This document shows, piece by piece, positions 40,607 to 50,095 of a DNA stretch of 64,000 nucleotides. The notes beneath the pieces are model-generated. The model ran no database searches. It had not been told where the DNA came from and saw only the letters and a list, made by a program, of their open reading frames with translations. How positions within the stretch are numbered: position 1 is the first letter of the stretch; each line of letters opens with the position of its first letter. The position numbers and the translations under genes are program-made. Source of the stretch: Candidatus Omnitrophota bacterium (GTDB lineage Bacteria > Omnitrophota > Gorgyraeia > Gygaellales > Profunditerraquicolaceae); the NCBI GenBank assembly GCA_049517335.1, contig JBEKSD010000003.1, positions 45,553 through 109,552 of the forward strand. Direction: 5' to 3'.

Positions 40607-42994
40607 TTAAACTACGATGTTAACCAGCTTTTTTGGGACGATGATGAAATTCCTAATAGGCTTTCCTTCCAGCCAGGATTTGATTTTCTCATCGGAAAGA
40701 ACGAAGACTTTGAGCTTATCTTCGGACAGATCCGCGGGAATATCCATCTTCGAACGAACCTTCCCGTTTACCTGAATTACTATTGTCACAGTATCCTCAA
40801 TTAACATTTCGGGGTTAAACTTAGGCCACTCTGCTTTAAATATACTGTCGCTATTACCTAAAATATGCCAGAGCTCTTCGGCAAAATGCGGAATAATCGG
40901 GGAAAGTAGCAAAACAAGCTTACTAAAAACTTCTTTATCCGAGCCCTGCTGATAAATTGCGTTGGTGAGCTCCATAAGAGAAGCGATTGCGGTATTGAAT
41001 TTAAACTCCTCTACATCTTCAGAAACCTTTTTTATCGTTTTATGCATTATCCGGATGAGTTCGGGGCTGGCTTTACTTTTTAAATTATCCTGAATGCGCC
41101 AGACACGGTTTAAGAATTTAAAAGCTCCTTCGATCCCCCGGTCATCCCATTCCAACTCTGTCTCAGGAGGTGCGGCGAATAAAATAAACAACCGTAAAGT
41201 ATCGGCACCATATTTTGAAATTATGGAATCGGGATCAACGATGTTGCCGCGCGATTTTGACATTACCTCCCCGTCTTTTAAAACCATACCCTGGGTTAAA
41301 AGGCGCTTGAACGGCTCCTCGAAATTAATCATCCCGAGGTCTTTAAAGAATTTGGTAAAAAACCGGGAATATAGCAGGTGCAATATCGCATGCTCTATCC
41401 CGCCGATATACTGGTCCACCGGCATCCAGTATTTTGTTTCTTTCATGTCAAATGGCGCGCCCTCAAATTTCGGGGAACAGAATCTTAAAAAATACCAGGA
41501 AGAATCAAAGAAAGTAGCCATGGTATCTGTCTCACGCCGCGCCGCACCCTTACACTTCGGGCATTTTACATTGACAAATTTTTCTACCTTCCCCAGCGGG
41601 CTGCCGCCTTCTCCGGTAAACGGAGCAGCACTCGGCAATTCTACGGGTAAATCTTCGTAAGGCACAGGCACAACTGCACATTTCGGGCAATAGATCATGG
41701 GAATAGGTGTGCCCCAATAACGCTGGCGCGAGATAAGCCAGTCACGCAGGCGCCAGTGCGTCTCAATTTTACCTATCCCTTTCTTCTCCATCCATTGCGC
41801 AATCTTTATTTTTGCTTCCTGATTTGACAGACCATTAAATTCTCCGGAGTTAACCTGGATACCATCGCCTTCATATGCTTCATCCATTGCCTCAAGAGAA
41901 TCCGGGCCCTTTATTACGATGCGCATGGGTAGGTTATGCTCTCTGGCGAACAAAAAGTCGCGCTGATCATGCGTAGGCACGCTCATGATCGCGCCCGTAC
42001 CGTACTCCATCAGCACATAATCCGCAATCCATATCGGCATTTCCTCATTATTCACCGGGTTAACCGCGAAACATCCGCTGAATATCCCTTCCTTCTTAAC
42101 ATCCGAAGAGGAACGTACGACTTTGCTTTCCTTGGAAACCTTCTCGATGAATTTCAAAACTTCTTTTTCCTGAAAGTTCCCCTTGATGAGTTCCTTGACC
42201 AAGGGATACTCCGGGGCTAAAACAATATAAGTTGCCCCGAAAATAGTATCTACGCGCGTGGTAAAAACAGGAATGATCTTTTCTGAATTTTTGAGGCGGA
42301 AATAAATCTGCACACCCTGGCTCTTCCCGATCCAGTTCGACTGCATGGCCAGGACCCTTGAAGGCCACTGTCCCAACTGATCTAAATCTTCCAGAAGCCT
42401 TTGGCGGTAATCGGTGATCTTCAAATACCACTGCTCAAGGTCCTTCTGTTCGACCTTGGTATTGCACCTCCAGCAGCCGCCGTCAACAACCTCCTCATTG
42501 GCAAGCGTGGTTGAGCATGACGGGCACCAGTTGACATTTGAGGCTTTCTTATAGGCAAGCCCGCGCTCAAACATTTTTAAGAATATCCACTGGTTCCATT
42601 TATAGTAAGACGCATCAGAGGTAGAAATTTCCCTTTCCCAGTCATAAGAAAAGCCCATCTTTTTAAGCTCAACGCGCATCCAATCAATGCATTTATGCGT
42701 CCAAGCGTCCGGCTTGGTCTTATTCTTAATCGCGGCGTTCTCCGCCGGCTGGCCGAAAGCGTCAAACCCCATGGGATGCAATACATTAAAACCCTGGATC
42801 ATCTTGACCCGGGCTGCGGCATCCGCGATGGTGTAATTACGCACATGACCCATATGAATTTTTCCCGAAGGATAAGGAAACATCTCAAGCAGGTAATATT
42901 TCTTCTTATCCGGATTTGCGCTGACATTAAAAATACGCATCCTTTGCCAGCATTCCTGCCACTTTTTTTCTATTTCTCTAAAATTGTAATCCAT
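40607..42994 (-). CDS. leuS: Leucine--tRNA ligase
   Basis: MFPYPSG..HMGH, editing domain, MSKS, GGIEHA. Confidence 0.98.
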   Translation of the reverse strand: MDYNFREIEKKWQECWQRMRIFNVSANPDKKKYYLLEMFPYPSGKIHMGHVRNYTIADAAARVKMIQGFNVLHPMGFDAFGQPAENAAIKNKTKPDAWTHKCIDWMRVELKKMGFSYDWEREISTSDASYYKWNQWIFLKMFERGLAYKKASNVNWCPSCSTTLANEEVVDGGCWRCNTKVEQKDLEQWYLKITDYRQRLLEDLDQLGQWPSRVLAMQSNWIGKSQGVQIYFRLKNSEKIIPVFTTRVDTIFGATYIVLAPEYPLVKELIKGNFQEKEVLKFIEKVSKESKVVRSSSDVKKEGIFSGCFAVNPVNNEEMPIWIADYVLMEYGTGAIMSVPTHDQRDFLFAREHNLPMRIVIKGPDSLEAMDEAYEGDGIQVNSGEFNGLSNQEAKIKIAQWMEKKGIGKIETHWRLRDWLISRQRYWGTPIPMIYCPKCAVVPVPYEDLPVELPSAAPFTGEGGSPLGKVEKFVNVKCPKCKGAARRETDTMATFFDSSWYFLRFCSPKFEGAPFDMKETKYWMPVDQYIGGIEHAILHLLYSRFFTKFFKDLGMINFEEPFKRLLTQGMVLKDGEVMSKSRGNIVDPDSIISKYGADTLRLFILFAAPPETELEWDDRGIEGAFKFLNRVWRIQDNLKSKASPELIRIMHKTIKKVSEDVEEFKFNTAIASLMELTNAIYQQGSDKEVFSKLVLLLSPIIPHFAEELWHILGNSDSIFKAEWPKFNPEMLIEDTVTIVIQVNGKVRSKMDIPADLSEDKLKVFVLSDEKIKSWLEGKPIRNFIIVPKKLVNIVV

Positions 42995-42996
42995 TT

Positions 42997-43383
42997 TTAT
43001 TTTATGCGCGCGGGAAGAAGGGAAACCATTGTTTTTATTCCGTGCAAAACCGCATCAATAGTGCAGGGTTTGGCCAGATAATGGTCCGCCTCCATATCAT
43101 AGCCCTTCCTGATTGAGTCAAGCTCGGCATTAGTGCTGATAATGATTACCGGCCGCCATCGGTCATTAATATTGGTCCTGATCTCTTTTAAAACATCAAA
43201 ACCATTGAGTTTAGGCATAATCAGGTCTAAAAGGATAATATCGGGATTACAGTCTTTTACCATCCTTAACCCCTCTTCTCCGTCAAAAGCCTCAATGACG
43301 TCGTAACCTTCGCGCTGCAAGCGGGGCTTAAGGGTTTCAATTATCTCTTTATCGTCATCTACTAAAAGTAATTTATGCGGCAT
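42997..43383 (-). CDS. Single-domain response regulator (receiver)
   Basis: VDDD, LLDLIMP, KP motif. Confidence 0.9.
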   Translation of the reverse strand: MPHKLLLVDDDKEIIETLKPRLQREGYDVIEAFDGEEGLRMVKDCNPDIILLDLIMPKLNGFDVLKEIRTNINDRWRPVIIISTNAELDSIRKGYDMEADHYLAKPCTIDAVLHGIKTMVSLLPARIK

Positions 43384-43408
43384 ATTTATCCTCTTAATAT
43401 ATAATAAG

Positions 43409-43481
43409 TGGAGCTGAGGGGGATTGAACCCCTGACCCCTTGCATGCCATGCAAGTGCTCTCCCAGCTGAGCTACAGCCCC
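43409..43481 (-). tRNA. tRNA-Ala(GGC)
   Basis: GGGGCTGTAGCTCAGCTGGGAGAGCACTTGCATGGCATGCAAGGGGTCAGGGGTTCAATCCCCCTCAGCTCCA; CCA not encoded. Confidence 0.97.
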
Positions 43482-43493
43482 GAAATTAATCTA

Positions 43494-43534
43494 TTGACCT
43501 TTGTTATTTTAGAATATAAAATAAGCTCCGTCAA
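43494..43534. promoter_or_regulatory. Overlapping divergent promoters for the two tRNAs
   Basis: Plus strand TTGACC-17-TAAAAT (43494-43522); minus strand TTGACG-17-TAAAAT (43534-43506). Confidence 0.65.
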
Positions 43535-43544
43535 TCTTAATCTT

Positions 43545-43627
43545 GCCGAGGTGGTGGAATGGCATACACGTCGGTCTCAAAAACCGATGAGTTCACGCTC
43601 GTGAGGGTTCAACTCCCTCCCTCGGCA
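43545..43627 (+). tRNA. tRNA-Leu(CAA)
   Basis: GCCGAGG acceptor stem, TCGGT-CTCAAAA-ACCGA anticodon arm, long variable arm, GTTCAAC T-loop. Confidence 0.97.
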
Positions 43628-43630
43628 TTA
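43614..43630 (+). repeat. att core (tRNA-proximal), 17-bp direct repeat
   Basis: TCCCTCCCTCGGCATTA, identical to 56171-56187. Confidence 0.92.
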
Positions 43631-43647
43631 TCTTTTTCTCTCCTCGT

Positions 43648-44733
43648 CTATAAATCTCCATTTTTGCCTTTCTTTGGCATAACTTTTGGCATAAGACCGG
43701 TATCTATTTTTGTTATCTCTAATCCCCGTGCCACATTCTCCGGCGTAGCGTGTGCGTAATATTTAAAAATAGTTGCGCTATCCTTATGCCCTGTTATTGC
43801 CTTTACCACTTCCACATTGGCTGTATTATCTAAAATGTTAGTTACTACCCAATGCCTAAATATATGGTTAGTGATATTCTTTTTTATGTCTAGCTCCTTA
43901 CAGGCACGCTTTACATAATTTAATAACAGGTCTTTCCCTATAAAATCTGTTCCTTTATGGAATGGCGGGTAGAGCAAACCATCGGGCTTATATTTCTTCA
44001 TCTTCTTCAGGAGGATTATGTGTTCATTAAAAACCATACAATCCTGATCCGTTAATTTTGCTGGTCTTGGCTCTGTTTTAGCATTTCTGATATACACAAT
44101 CTTGCTGGCTAAATCCACATCAGAAATGAGCATTTTCCTAAACTCACTCCTTCGCCATCCTCTAGTAATAACGAAATATATCCAAGCGTAGAAGTAAGGT
44201 TTATTCTTATAAAACCATTTAAGAATCTTTAACCGTTCTTCCTGAGTAGGCAGAATCCAAACTTTCTTCTCAAAAGGAAAACTCCTTATTTCCTTGGGGT
44301 CAAACTTTGTAACCAGTCTTTTATTTAATGCGCTCTTGCCTATTTCCTTCAGATAATCAAGGTCTCTATTTATGCCTGATTTTGACCTTCCCTCATCGTG
44401 TTTACTGTTTTTGTAGTCGTTAAGTAGGCTTTCTGAATAATCTTCCATTGATTGTCTTGACCGCTTCTGAAGAAATATATCAAAGTGATGCACTGTCTCC
44501 AGAAATACTTCTCTCGTAGCATCAGAGGGTCTCTTGCTTTCTAAAACTTGTAAGGCAAAATCCTTGAAAGCAGTATCTTTAGTTAATATCCCCCCAAGTT
44601 CCCGCCTCCCAGCTTCATCCTTGGCATCTTTTTTCCCAGGATATTTGCTTTTGGGGATAGTGGCAAATTTCTGCTTACTATCAACCATCCACCAAATACG
44701 CCAACTATTTTTCCGTGAAACTACTCCAGCCAT
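43648..44733 (-). CDS. Tyrosine integrase
   Basis: GWRRSE (R), K in AKT, HIFRH (HxxR), TGH, KYY (Y). Confidence 0.92.
   Translation of the reverse strand: MAGVVSRKNSWRIWWMVDSKQKFATIPKSKYPGKKDAKDEAGRRELGGILTKDTAFKDFALQVLESKRPSDATREVFLETVHHFDIFLQKRSRQSMEDYSESLLNDYKNSKHDEGRSKSGINRDLDYLKEIGKSALNKRLVTKFDPKEIRSFPFEKKVWILPTQEERLKILKWFYKNKPYFYAWIYFVITRGWRRSEFRKMLISDVDLASKIVYIRNAKTEPRPAKLTDQDCMVFNEHIILLKKMKKYKPDGLLYPPFHKGTDFIGKDLLLNYVKRACKELDIKKNITNHIFRHWVVTNILDNTANVEVVKAITGHKDSATIFKYYAHATPENVARGLEITKIDTGLMPKVMPKKGKNGDL
43674..43694 (+). repeat. Putative integrase arm-type sites (left)
   Basis: TTGGCATAA x2 with a 12-bp period; same motif at 56018-56038. Confidence 0.65.
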
Positions 44734-44737
44734 AAGT

Positions 44738-44902
44738 TTATTGCTTGCCGTCCTTTTTCATTTTACTTAATACTTCAGCTAAGTCATATCTGTGATTTCT
44801 CCCAATTACGAGAGCAGGAATTATTCCCTTCCTCCTGTAATAATCAACCATCGCTGGGGAAATCTTTAATTCCTTTGCCAATTCTTCCTTATCAATAAGC
44901 AT
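44738..44902 (-). CDS. Excisionase / MerR-like HTH recombination directionality factor
   Basis: Not in the ORF track (54 aa): MLIDKEELAKELKISPAMVDYYRRKGIIPALVIGRNHRYDLAEV; directly upstream of the integrase. Confidence 0.85.
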   Translation of the reverse strand: MLIDKEELAKELKISPAMVDYYRRKGIIPALVIGRNHRYDLAEVLSKMKKDGKQ

Positions 44903-44905
44903 TTT

Positions 44906-45481
44906 TTAACCCTCCTGTTTTACCAAAATTCGCTTTCCTAATTGCCTGTTCTTTTTCCTAATTCCACTGTATCGCAAATAATACCCCCCTGTTGCTCTCG
45001 GTCTTTTATCTTTACTTCCAAGATGCCTCCCAAGCTTAATCCCATCTCTTTTTGCTCTTTCTAAACCACTGATTACCCTACTCCTGATAATTTCCCTCTC
45101 CAACTCGCCAAAAACTCCCAAGAGTTGCCAAAATGCTTTAGACACAGGGTCATCTGCCTTAGCGGTATCAATATTGTCCGTAACAGATACTAACCTAATT
45201 TTCCTATTCCTAAATTCTTGGAATAAATTCAAGAGGTGTGATAGGCTGCGGGCTATGCGGTCTAATTTATAGATTACAATAACATCGAATTTCTTATTCC
45301 TCATATCAATTAAAAGCTGATTTAATTGCGGTCTTGATTCTTTGGCGCCGCTAACGCCAACGTCAACATATTCCCTAAAGACCTTTATCTTATGCTCACG
45401 ACAGAAATCCCTAGGTGGCAATAGCTGTGTTTCAGCAACCTGTTTGCCTGTAGAGACTCTGCCATAAATTGCTCCCAACAT
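44906..45481 (-). CDS. Small serine recombinase (resolvase)
   Basis: YGRVST catalytic Ser, GVSGAKESRP, KLDRIARS, ELEREII. Confidence 0.92.
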   Translation of the reverse strand: MLGAIYGRVSTGKQVAETQLLPPRDFCREHKIKVFREYVDVGVSGAKESRPQLNQLLIDMRNKKFDVIVIYKLDRIARSLSHLLNLFQEFRNRKIRLVSVTDNIDTAKADDPVSKAFWQLLGVFGELEREIIRSRVISGLERAKRDGIKLGRHLGSKDKRPRATGGYYLRYSGIRKKNRQLGKRILVKQEG

Positions 45482-45616
45482 AAAACCTCCTTTACTTATT
45501 CCGAATTACCCCTAGTAGGGTTTAGTTATATAAAAAATAACCTATAAATCTGTACCCCCAAAGGATTATTTTATCTTTGAAAATCATGGTCACGGAACTT
45601 TGGGGAAAACAAGAAG

Positions 45617-45832
45617 TTACCAAAATCCATTAGGCTCAGAAATTGGTATTTTTAATTTTCTCCTGCTCCTTTTTATGCGAGAATCTTGTTCAAGCTTGAA
45701 TCGGCAAAAAGGACACGCCTCTGCGCTCACGCCATTCTTTAATATTTCCTTATCTGGATACCACCAACCACCACAAGTCTGACATTCCTCCAAATTTACC
45801 TTAGCCTTTGCTCCTAACGGTTCTTTTTCCAT
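45617..45832 (-). CDS. Small zinc-finger protein
   Basis: CQTC...CPFC; AAGGAGG RBS. Confidence 0.6.
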   Translation of the reverse strand: MEKEPLGAKAKVNLEECQTCGGWWYPDKEILKNGVSAEACPFCRFKLEQDSRIKRSRRKLKIPISEPNGFW

Positions 45833-45921
45833 CTGATTCCTCCTTGTTAATTAAATTATTCCATAAATAAATCAAATTACTAACCCCCACTTTGTTTAAA
45901 TAAAGTCTTGATAAAATAAAA

Positions 45922-45942
45922 ACCCAGTCTTAAAGACTGGGT
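45922..45942 (-). terminator. Hairpin/intrinsic terminator
   Basis: ACCCAGTCTT-A-AAGACTGGGT followed by a T-rich tract on the minus strand. Confidence 0.6.
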
Positions 45943-45974
45943 ATAAAAATTGATTTTAGTATTATACTTAGTTC

Positions 45975-46559
45975 TTAATCGTATTTCTTACTATAAACAA
46001 TCTCCTTGATTGTCTTAATTGTTCTATGATATTTACGTGATAGCCAATCAATAGCATATGAAGGTTTATCTCCTCTTTTCCTCAGTTTCTTAAATTCTGC
46101 CCTAATCTTTCTTTTATACTCAAAATAGTCAATATTTTTAAGGGCTCCGTATTTGAATTTTCTTCCTTTTAATGATTTTTTGATTTCAGGCAAATAATCT
46201 CTTATATCTCCTGAATTTGCCCATTCGGGGATAGATAAATTAATTTCTGCATCTTTACCTTTTGATTCCACTTTGAGCCCTTTAAGAACTGGTTTATTAC
46301 CCCTGAAACCTTGAAGCCCCCATTTTAAACAAAGCCGACTCATAGCAAAAAATGCAATCATATATTTTCTTTTTCTTAGATGATTAAGATTTAAATCCTC
46401 TCCGGCTATCTTCTTTAATTCTGACAAGTCTTTTTGAAATTCGGGTTTGGACTCTAACTCTCTTAGTTTAGCCTGAAGTCTTCTAACATATGGAAGGTAA
46501 ATGATTTTAGGCGGGCAATTCCTATTAGCTAATTCTTTTAACGCTTCTTCCTTTTTCAT
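45975..46559 (-). CDS. Basic protein with C-terminal HTH (element-encoded regulator-like)
   Basis: K/R-rich; AIDWLSRKYHRTIKTIKEIVY HTH-like tail. Confidence 0.55.
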   Translation of the reverse strand: MKKEEALKELANRNCPPKIIYLPYVRRLQAKLRELESKPEFQKDLSELKKIAGEDLNLNHLRKRKYMIAFFAMSRLCLKWGLQGFRGNKPVLKGLKVESKGKDAEINLSIPEWANSGDIRDYLPEIKKSLKGRKFKYGALKNIDYFEYKRKIRAEFKKLRKRGDKPSYAIDWLSRKYHRTIKTIKEIVYSKKYD

Positions 46560-46568
46560 AATGTATAT

Positions 46569-47906
46569 TTACGACTTATTTTTTCTTTGTTTCTTTTTTA
46601 ATTGCTTAATTCTGTATTGCTCTGCTTCTACTATTTCTTTTGCATATGTAACCATTTTATCGTATTCTTTCTTTCCTTTCGCCTTATTAACGAATAATGA
46701 TAAATCCTTAACACCTTGTTCCATATCATAAAATTTATAACCTATAATGCCCATTGCAAATAAGAAAGCAATTTCATTTTTATTCTCCTGATATCGCTGA
46801 TTAAAGAATTCCAGGAGTTGGGGTATATATACATCAATTACAGTAAAAGATATGACCTTCTTATACCAAAATAATGCCCTATCATAGTTCTTTTCCAATA
46901 GCATAAAAAAGGCATTATTGAGGAAAACCACTGGGTGTTCTTTTTCAATCTCGCTTGCTTTAGCAGTATACCCTTTGGCTTTATTTAAATCTCCCAAGAA
47001 ATATTCTAATCTTGCCAATTGGATATAAACACGGAAATGATTTATCGGAAGCCGCAGTAGCTCTATGAAACATTGCTTAGCCACTCTATATTCTTTTTTT
47101 TCAATCAGCTCTTCTCCTATCAATATGTATAATTCGCTGATGATTACGTTAATTCTGCCTTCAATAAGAGGTTTAAAGGTATCGGGTTTCATAGCTGCCA
47201 ACATCTGTTGTAGACCGTTAAATAATTTTAACGCATCGCGCAACCTATTATCAGTAAACAGATGTATTCCAAAAATGAAAATCCCAGCTTCGACAAAGTT
47301 ATCAGCAACCTTTATCTCTTCAAATAATGTGTTGTCAATGTTGAGTATCCAATCACGAGTTCCAGCAATCAAAGCTAAATCGGCATTAAACAGCAACATC
47401 TTATTTTTTAACCACTGATTTAGCCTATAAGTATAATTTAAGCTGAAGCTAACGACATCTTTACCTTCCTTTGTTTCAACGAAAGCGCTGCCCCAAATAA
47501 TTAAATCCACTCCTTGGTTCTCACAATATTGAACCGCTTCTTCACGTTTATTAATAATATCGGAAGCTATATTAATTATTTTCACTTCCTTAGAAATATT
47601 AAAATTATCAAGCTTAATTCTAAGCTTTTCTAATACTTTTTCGAAATGTAATTTTGACTTATCATCTGTTTTAATGCAGAAAATCAATGTGTATTTATTG
47701 GTAGGCAAAATAAATCTTCCGCTTTTACAGAACCAAAACGCCATCCATAAAAGAATTAAGGCAGGAGCAATATATAAGACGAAAGGAATTTTGATTATGT
47801 AGCATATTAACGAAATTAACAAAATACCACCCAATAACCCACCAATGGTTTTGGGTTCTTTCTTTAATGAACCTAAAGCTAAATCAAATAGTCCTTTCAT
47901 ACCCAT
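46569..47906 (-). CDS. 2-TM membrane protein with C-terminal TPR repeats
   Basis: Two N-terminal hydrophobic helices, DLIIWG domain, TPR-like helices. Confidence 0.7.
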   Translation of the reverse strand: MGMKGLFDLALGSLKKEPKTIGGLLGGILLISLICYIIKIPFVLYIAPALILLWMAFWFCKSGRFILPTNKYTLIFCIKTDDKSKLHFEKVLEKLRIKLDNFNISKEVKIINIASDIINKREEAVQYCENQGVDLIIWGSAFVETKEGKDVVSFSLNYTYRLNQWLKNKMLLFNADLALIAGTRDWILNIDNTLFEEIKVADNFVEAGIFIFGIHLFTDNRLRDALKLFNGLQQMLAAMKPDTFKPLIEGRINVIISELYILIGEELIEKKEYRVAKQCFIELLRLPINHFRVYIQLARLEYFLGDLNKAKGYTAKASEIEKEHPVVFLNNAFFMLLEKNYDRALFWYKKVISFTVIDVYIPQLLEFFNQRYQENKNEIAFLFAMGIIGYKFYDMEQGVKDLSLFVNKAKGKKEYDKMVTYAKEIVEAEQYRIKQLKKKQRKNKS

Positions 47907-48065
47907 ATTTTGTTTTTACATTATACCACTATCAACCCAAATATGGCGGGTAAATAAACTATTAATTGTTTGGTTTAGAAACTAATGAGTAGGTATCGAC
48001 GATAAAGCTTAATTACTTTTATAGGGGGGTTTATTTGGCAAACCTAAGGAGTATTTATATAGAGG

Positions 48066-48536
48066 CTATTCCCAACCTTTTATCTTATAGTCAAAGGTTA
48101 TTTTCTTAATCTGCGGGTTGCTTTCATATTTATTAAGGCACCGCTTGTCCATCTTGAAGCCTTTTTGCCTATTTATTCTACACTGTCTTTCAAATTCTAC
48201 CCAAGGCAATAGATACATCCGTATATTATTAGCATCATCAATTGAATCAACTACGACAGCAAGATAAGGCTCACAATCAAAGATTTTGCAGGCAGATAAT
48301 ACTTCTCTTTTGCTTGGGATGGTTACATTGCTATAAGCTTGCCCTCTTTCACGGGTGCGGGCTTTAACACTTATGCCTAGCCTTTCTTTTGTCTTCTTGT
48401 TATACGCTATTAAGTCAATTCCAATATAATCAACATTAACAACCTCATAGCCATACTTAGATAGCCAATACATCAGCATAGCTTCGCCAAAGTCGCCAGC
48501 AATCTTACTATGCCTTGAGCTCTTTCTTATTTCCAT
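48066..48536 (-). CDS. PD-(D/E)XK nuclease (Hjc/restriction-endonuclease-like)
   Basis: GDFGE...GYEV...GIDLIA...ISVKAR; start reassigned to ATG 48536. Confidence 0.75.
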   Translation of the reverse strand: MEIRKSSRHSKIAGDFGEAMLMYWLSKYGYEVVNVDYIGIDLIAYNKKTKERLGISVKARTRERGQAYSNVTIPSKREVLSACKIFDCEPYLAVVVDSIDDANNIRMYLLPWVEFERQCRINRQKGFKMDKRCLNKYESNPQIKKITFDYKIKGWE

Positions 48537-48543
48537 GTAAAGG

Positions 48544-48572
48544 ATTGTATCACCTACTTTAGTGGGTGTCAA
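48544..48572 (-). promoter_or_regulatory. Sigma70 promoter with palindromic operator in the spacer
   Basis: TTGACA-17-TACAAT; CACCTACT-TT-AGTGGGTG at 48551-48568; ATG 7 nt downstream of the -10. Confidence 0.7.
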
Positions 48573-48814
48573 TATGTGGAATTTTATGGGAGAATTGGAG
48601 CGTGGAAAATATTAATGCTGGATTTGGAAAACACTTAAAAGACCTACGCAGAAAAAAGAAGATAACTCAAGAGGAGCTTGCGGAATTGGCTAACTTGGAA
48701 TACAAATACATCCAGCGCCTTGAGGGTAAGAAGCCTTCTTCTCCTACCTTAAACACCTTAGAGAAACTTGCCAAAGCCTTCAGTATAACTCCTTCACAAT
48801 TACTTAAATTTTAA
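48566..48814 (+). CDS. XRE/Cro-C1 HTH regulator (C-protein-like); real start probably GTG 48602
   Basis: FGKHLKDLR..TQEELAE...YIQRLE...PTLNTLEKLAKAF. Confidence 0.9.
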   Translation: MSICGILWENWSVENINAGFGKHLKDLRRKKKITQEELAELANLEYKYIQRLEGKKPSSPTLNTLEKLAKAFSITPSQLLKF

Positions 48815-48818
48815 TTAC

Positions 48819-50033
48819 TTATTTCTCTTTATCCTGTAATTTTGATAAAGAAACGGATTTTTTGGATTCAATCTTTAAAAAACCTTTAATTTTAGTCATT
48901 ATCTTCTTATCCCATCTTGATTCATTAACGGCTTTTTCAACTGCATAGGTGTCTATATCAGCGACTTCATCCCACTTGCCGGCTTCCTTTAACGCTTTTG
49001 ATAATTCTTCCCGTTCTTCGCTTCCCTTAGGAGGACAGGAAACTTTCTGTTTTTCGGCAACTTTAAGCTTATTATTGTTGCCTATGATAATGCTGGATTT
49101 TTCTTCTTCGGCATACTGGATAACCGCTTCTTTTACCTTATCTATTTCCTCATCTATTTTGTCAATCTCTCCCTGTTGCTCACGCTTCTTAGCTACAAGC
49201 TTAGCGAAAGTATTTACAAGCTTTACGCCGCTGTCTTTTAGGTATTCATTTACAGGTAGAGCTTCCACTTTATAGAGGTGCTTTCTCTTGGGGCAAAGGT
49301 CAGGATATACGCACCATTCGCAAAGGCTACTTTCATTCGGTAGGAATTCCTCTGTAGCTTCAATCTTATCAATTAGGACTGCCGTATCATTCTTTAGCTG
49401 CTCCAATTGTTTATCAGTCCTCACAGAGGACATTTCCTTGTCAAAAACCACATAATGCCAGATTAACTTGACCTTATTGACATCATTCCAAGTGTCGCTT
49501 ATGCCAATTTGATACAGAGCAAGCTGTCTATCCTCATCAAAATGCGCCTGTCCGGGCAAGGATCCGGAAGTCTTATAATCATGTATCTCATAAGTATCGT
49601 CTTGTGCTTGGGCTAGCCTATCTATGTAACCCCTAAGCTTATATTTACCGTCCCCATTTAAGTCAATCAAAACCTCCCTCTCAAGACCTAAGACCCTGCT
49701 CTGGTCAAAGGGAGAATAGCGCTTATAATAATCCTCAATGCATTTCCTGCCTATGTTTTTGTAGTCCTCAGCGGTTCTATCTTTCTTAGTAACAATAATA
49801 GTATCGTTATATTCCTTATCCCATTGGCTTTCATAATAACCCAATAGCTCCTTTAAGGAATATGTCTTGCATTTAAGGTCTTTATAGAGTTTCTGCATGG
49901 TTTCGTGGAAACGAGAACCCATAAATGCCTCAATGCCTTCTTGTTCACGCTCAATCTTATCTATGTAGGAAAACTTATACCGGAGAGGACAGGATTCAAA
50001 ACTATTTAATCTGGAATGGGAATATATAGGCAT
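48819..50033 (-). CDS. RecB/Cas4-like PD-(D/E)XK nuclease with Fe-S Cys set and C-terminal coiled coil
   Basis: YSHSRL..F.SCP, GYIDRL...IHDYKTS, QLALY, CEWC.....CP. Confidence 0.85.
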   Translation of the reverse strand: MPIYSHSRLNSFESCPLRYKFSYIDKIEREQEGIEAFMGSRFHETMQKLYKDLKCKTYSLKELLGYYESQWDKEYNDTIIVTKKDRTAEDYKNIGRKCIEDYYKRYSPFDQSRVLGLEREVLIDLNGDGKYKLRGYIDRLAQAQDDTYEIHDYKTSGSLPGQAHFDEDRQLALYQIGISDTWNDVNKVKLIWHYVVFDKEMSSVRTDKQLEQLKNDTAVLIDKIEATEEFLPNESSLCEWCVYPDLCPKRKHLYKVEALPVNEYLKDSGVKLVNTFAKLVAKKREQQGEIDKIDEEIDKVKEAVIQYAEEEKSSIIIGNNNKLKVAEKQKVSCPPKGSEEREELSKALKEAGKWDEVADIDTYAVEKAVNESRWDKKIMTKIKGFLKIESKKSVSLSKLQDKEK

Positions 50034-50095
50034 ATTATTTTTGTTTATTTCCGCCTACCCAAAGATTGATAGGTATTAGTTTACATGCTTTTTAC

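Noticed and set aside
41094-43081. Long antisense/alternative-frame ORFs over leuS (and similar ones over secA, murJ, ALDH, DUF362 and others)
   Set aside because: They lie inside well-supported genes and show no motifs; treated as shadow ORFs.
43559-43759. 66-aa plus-strand ORF
   Set aside because: Overlaps tRNA-Leu and the integrase end; shadow ORF.
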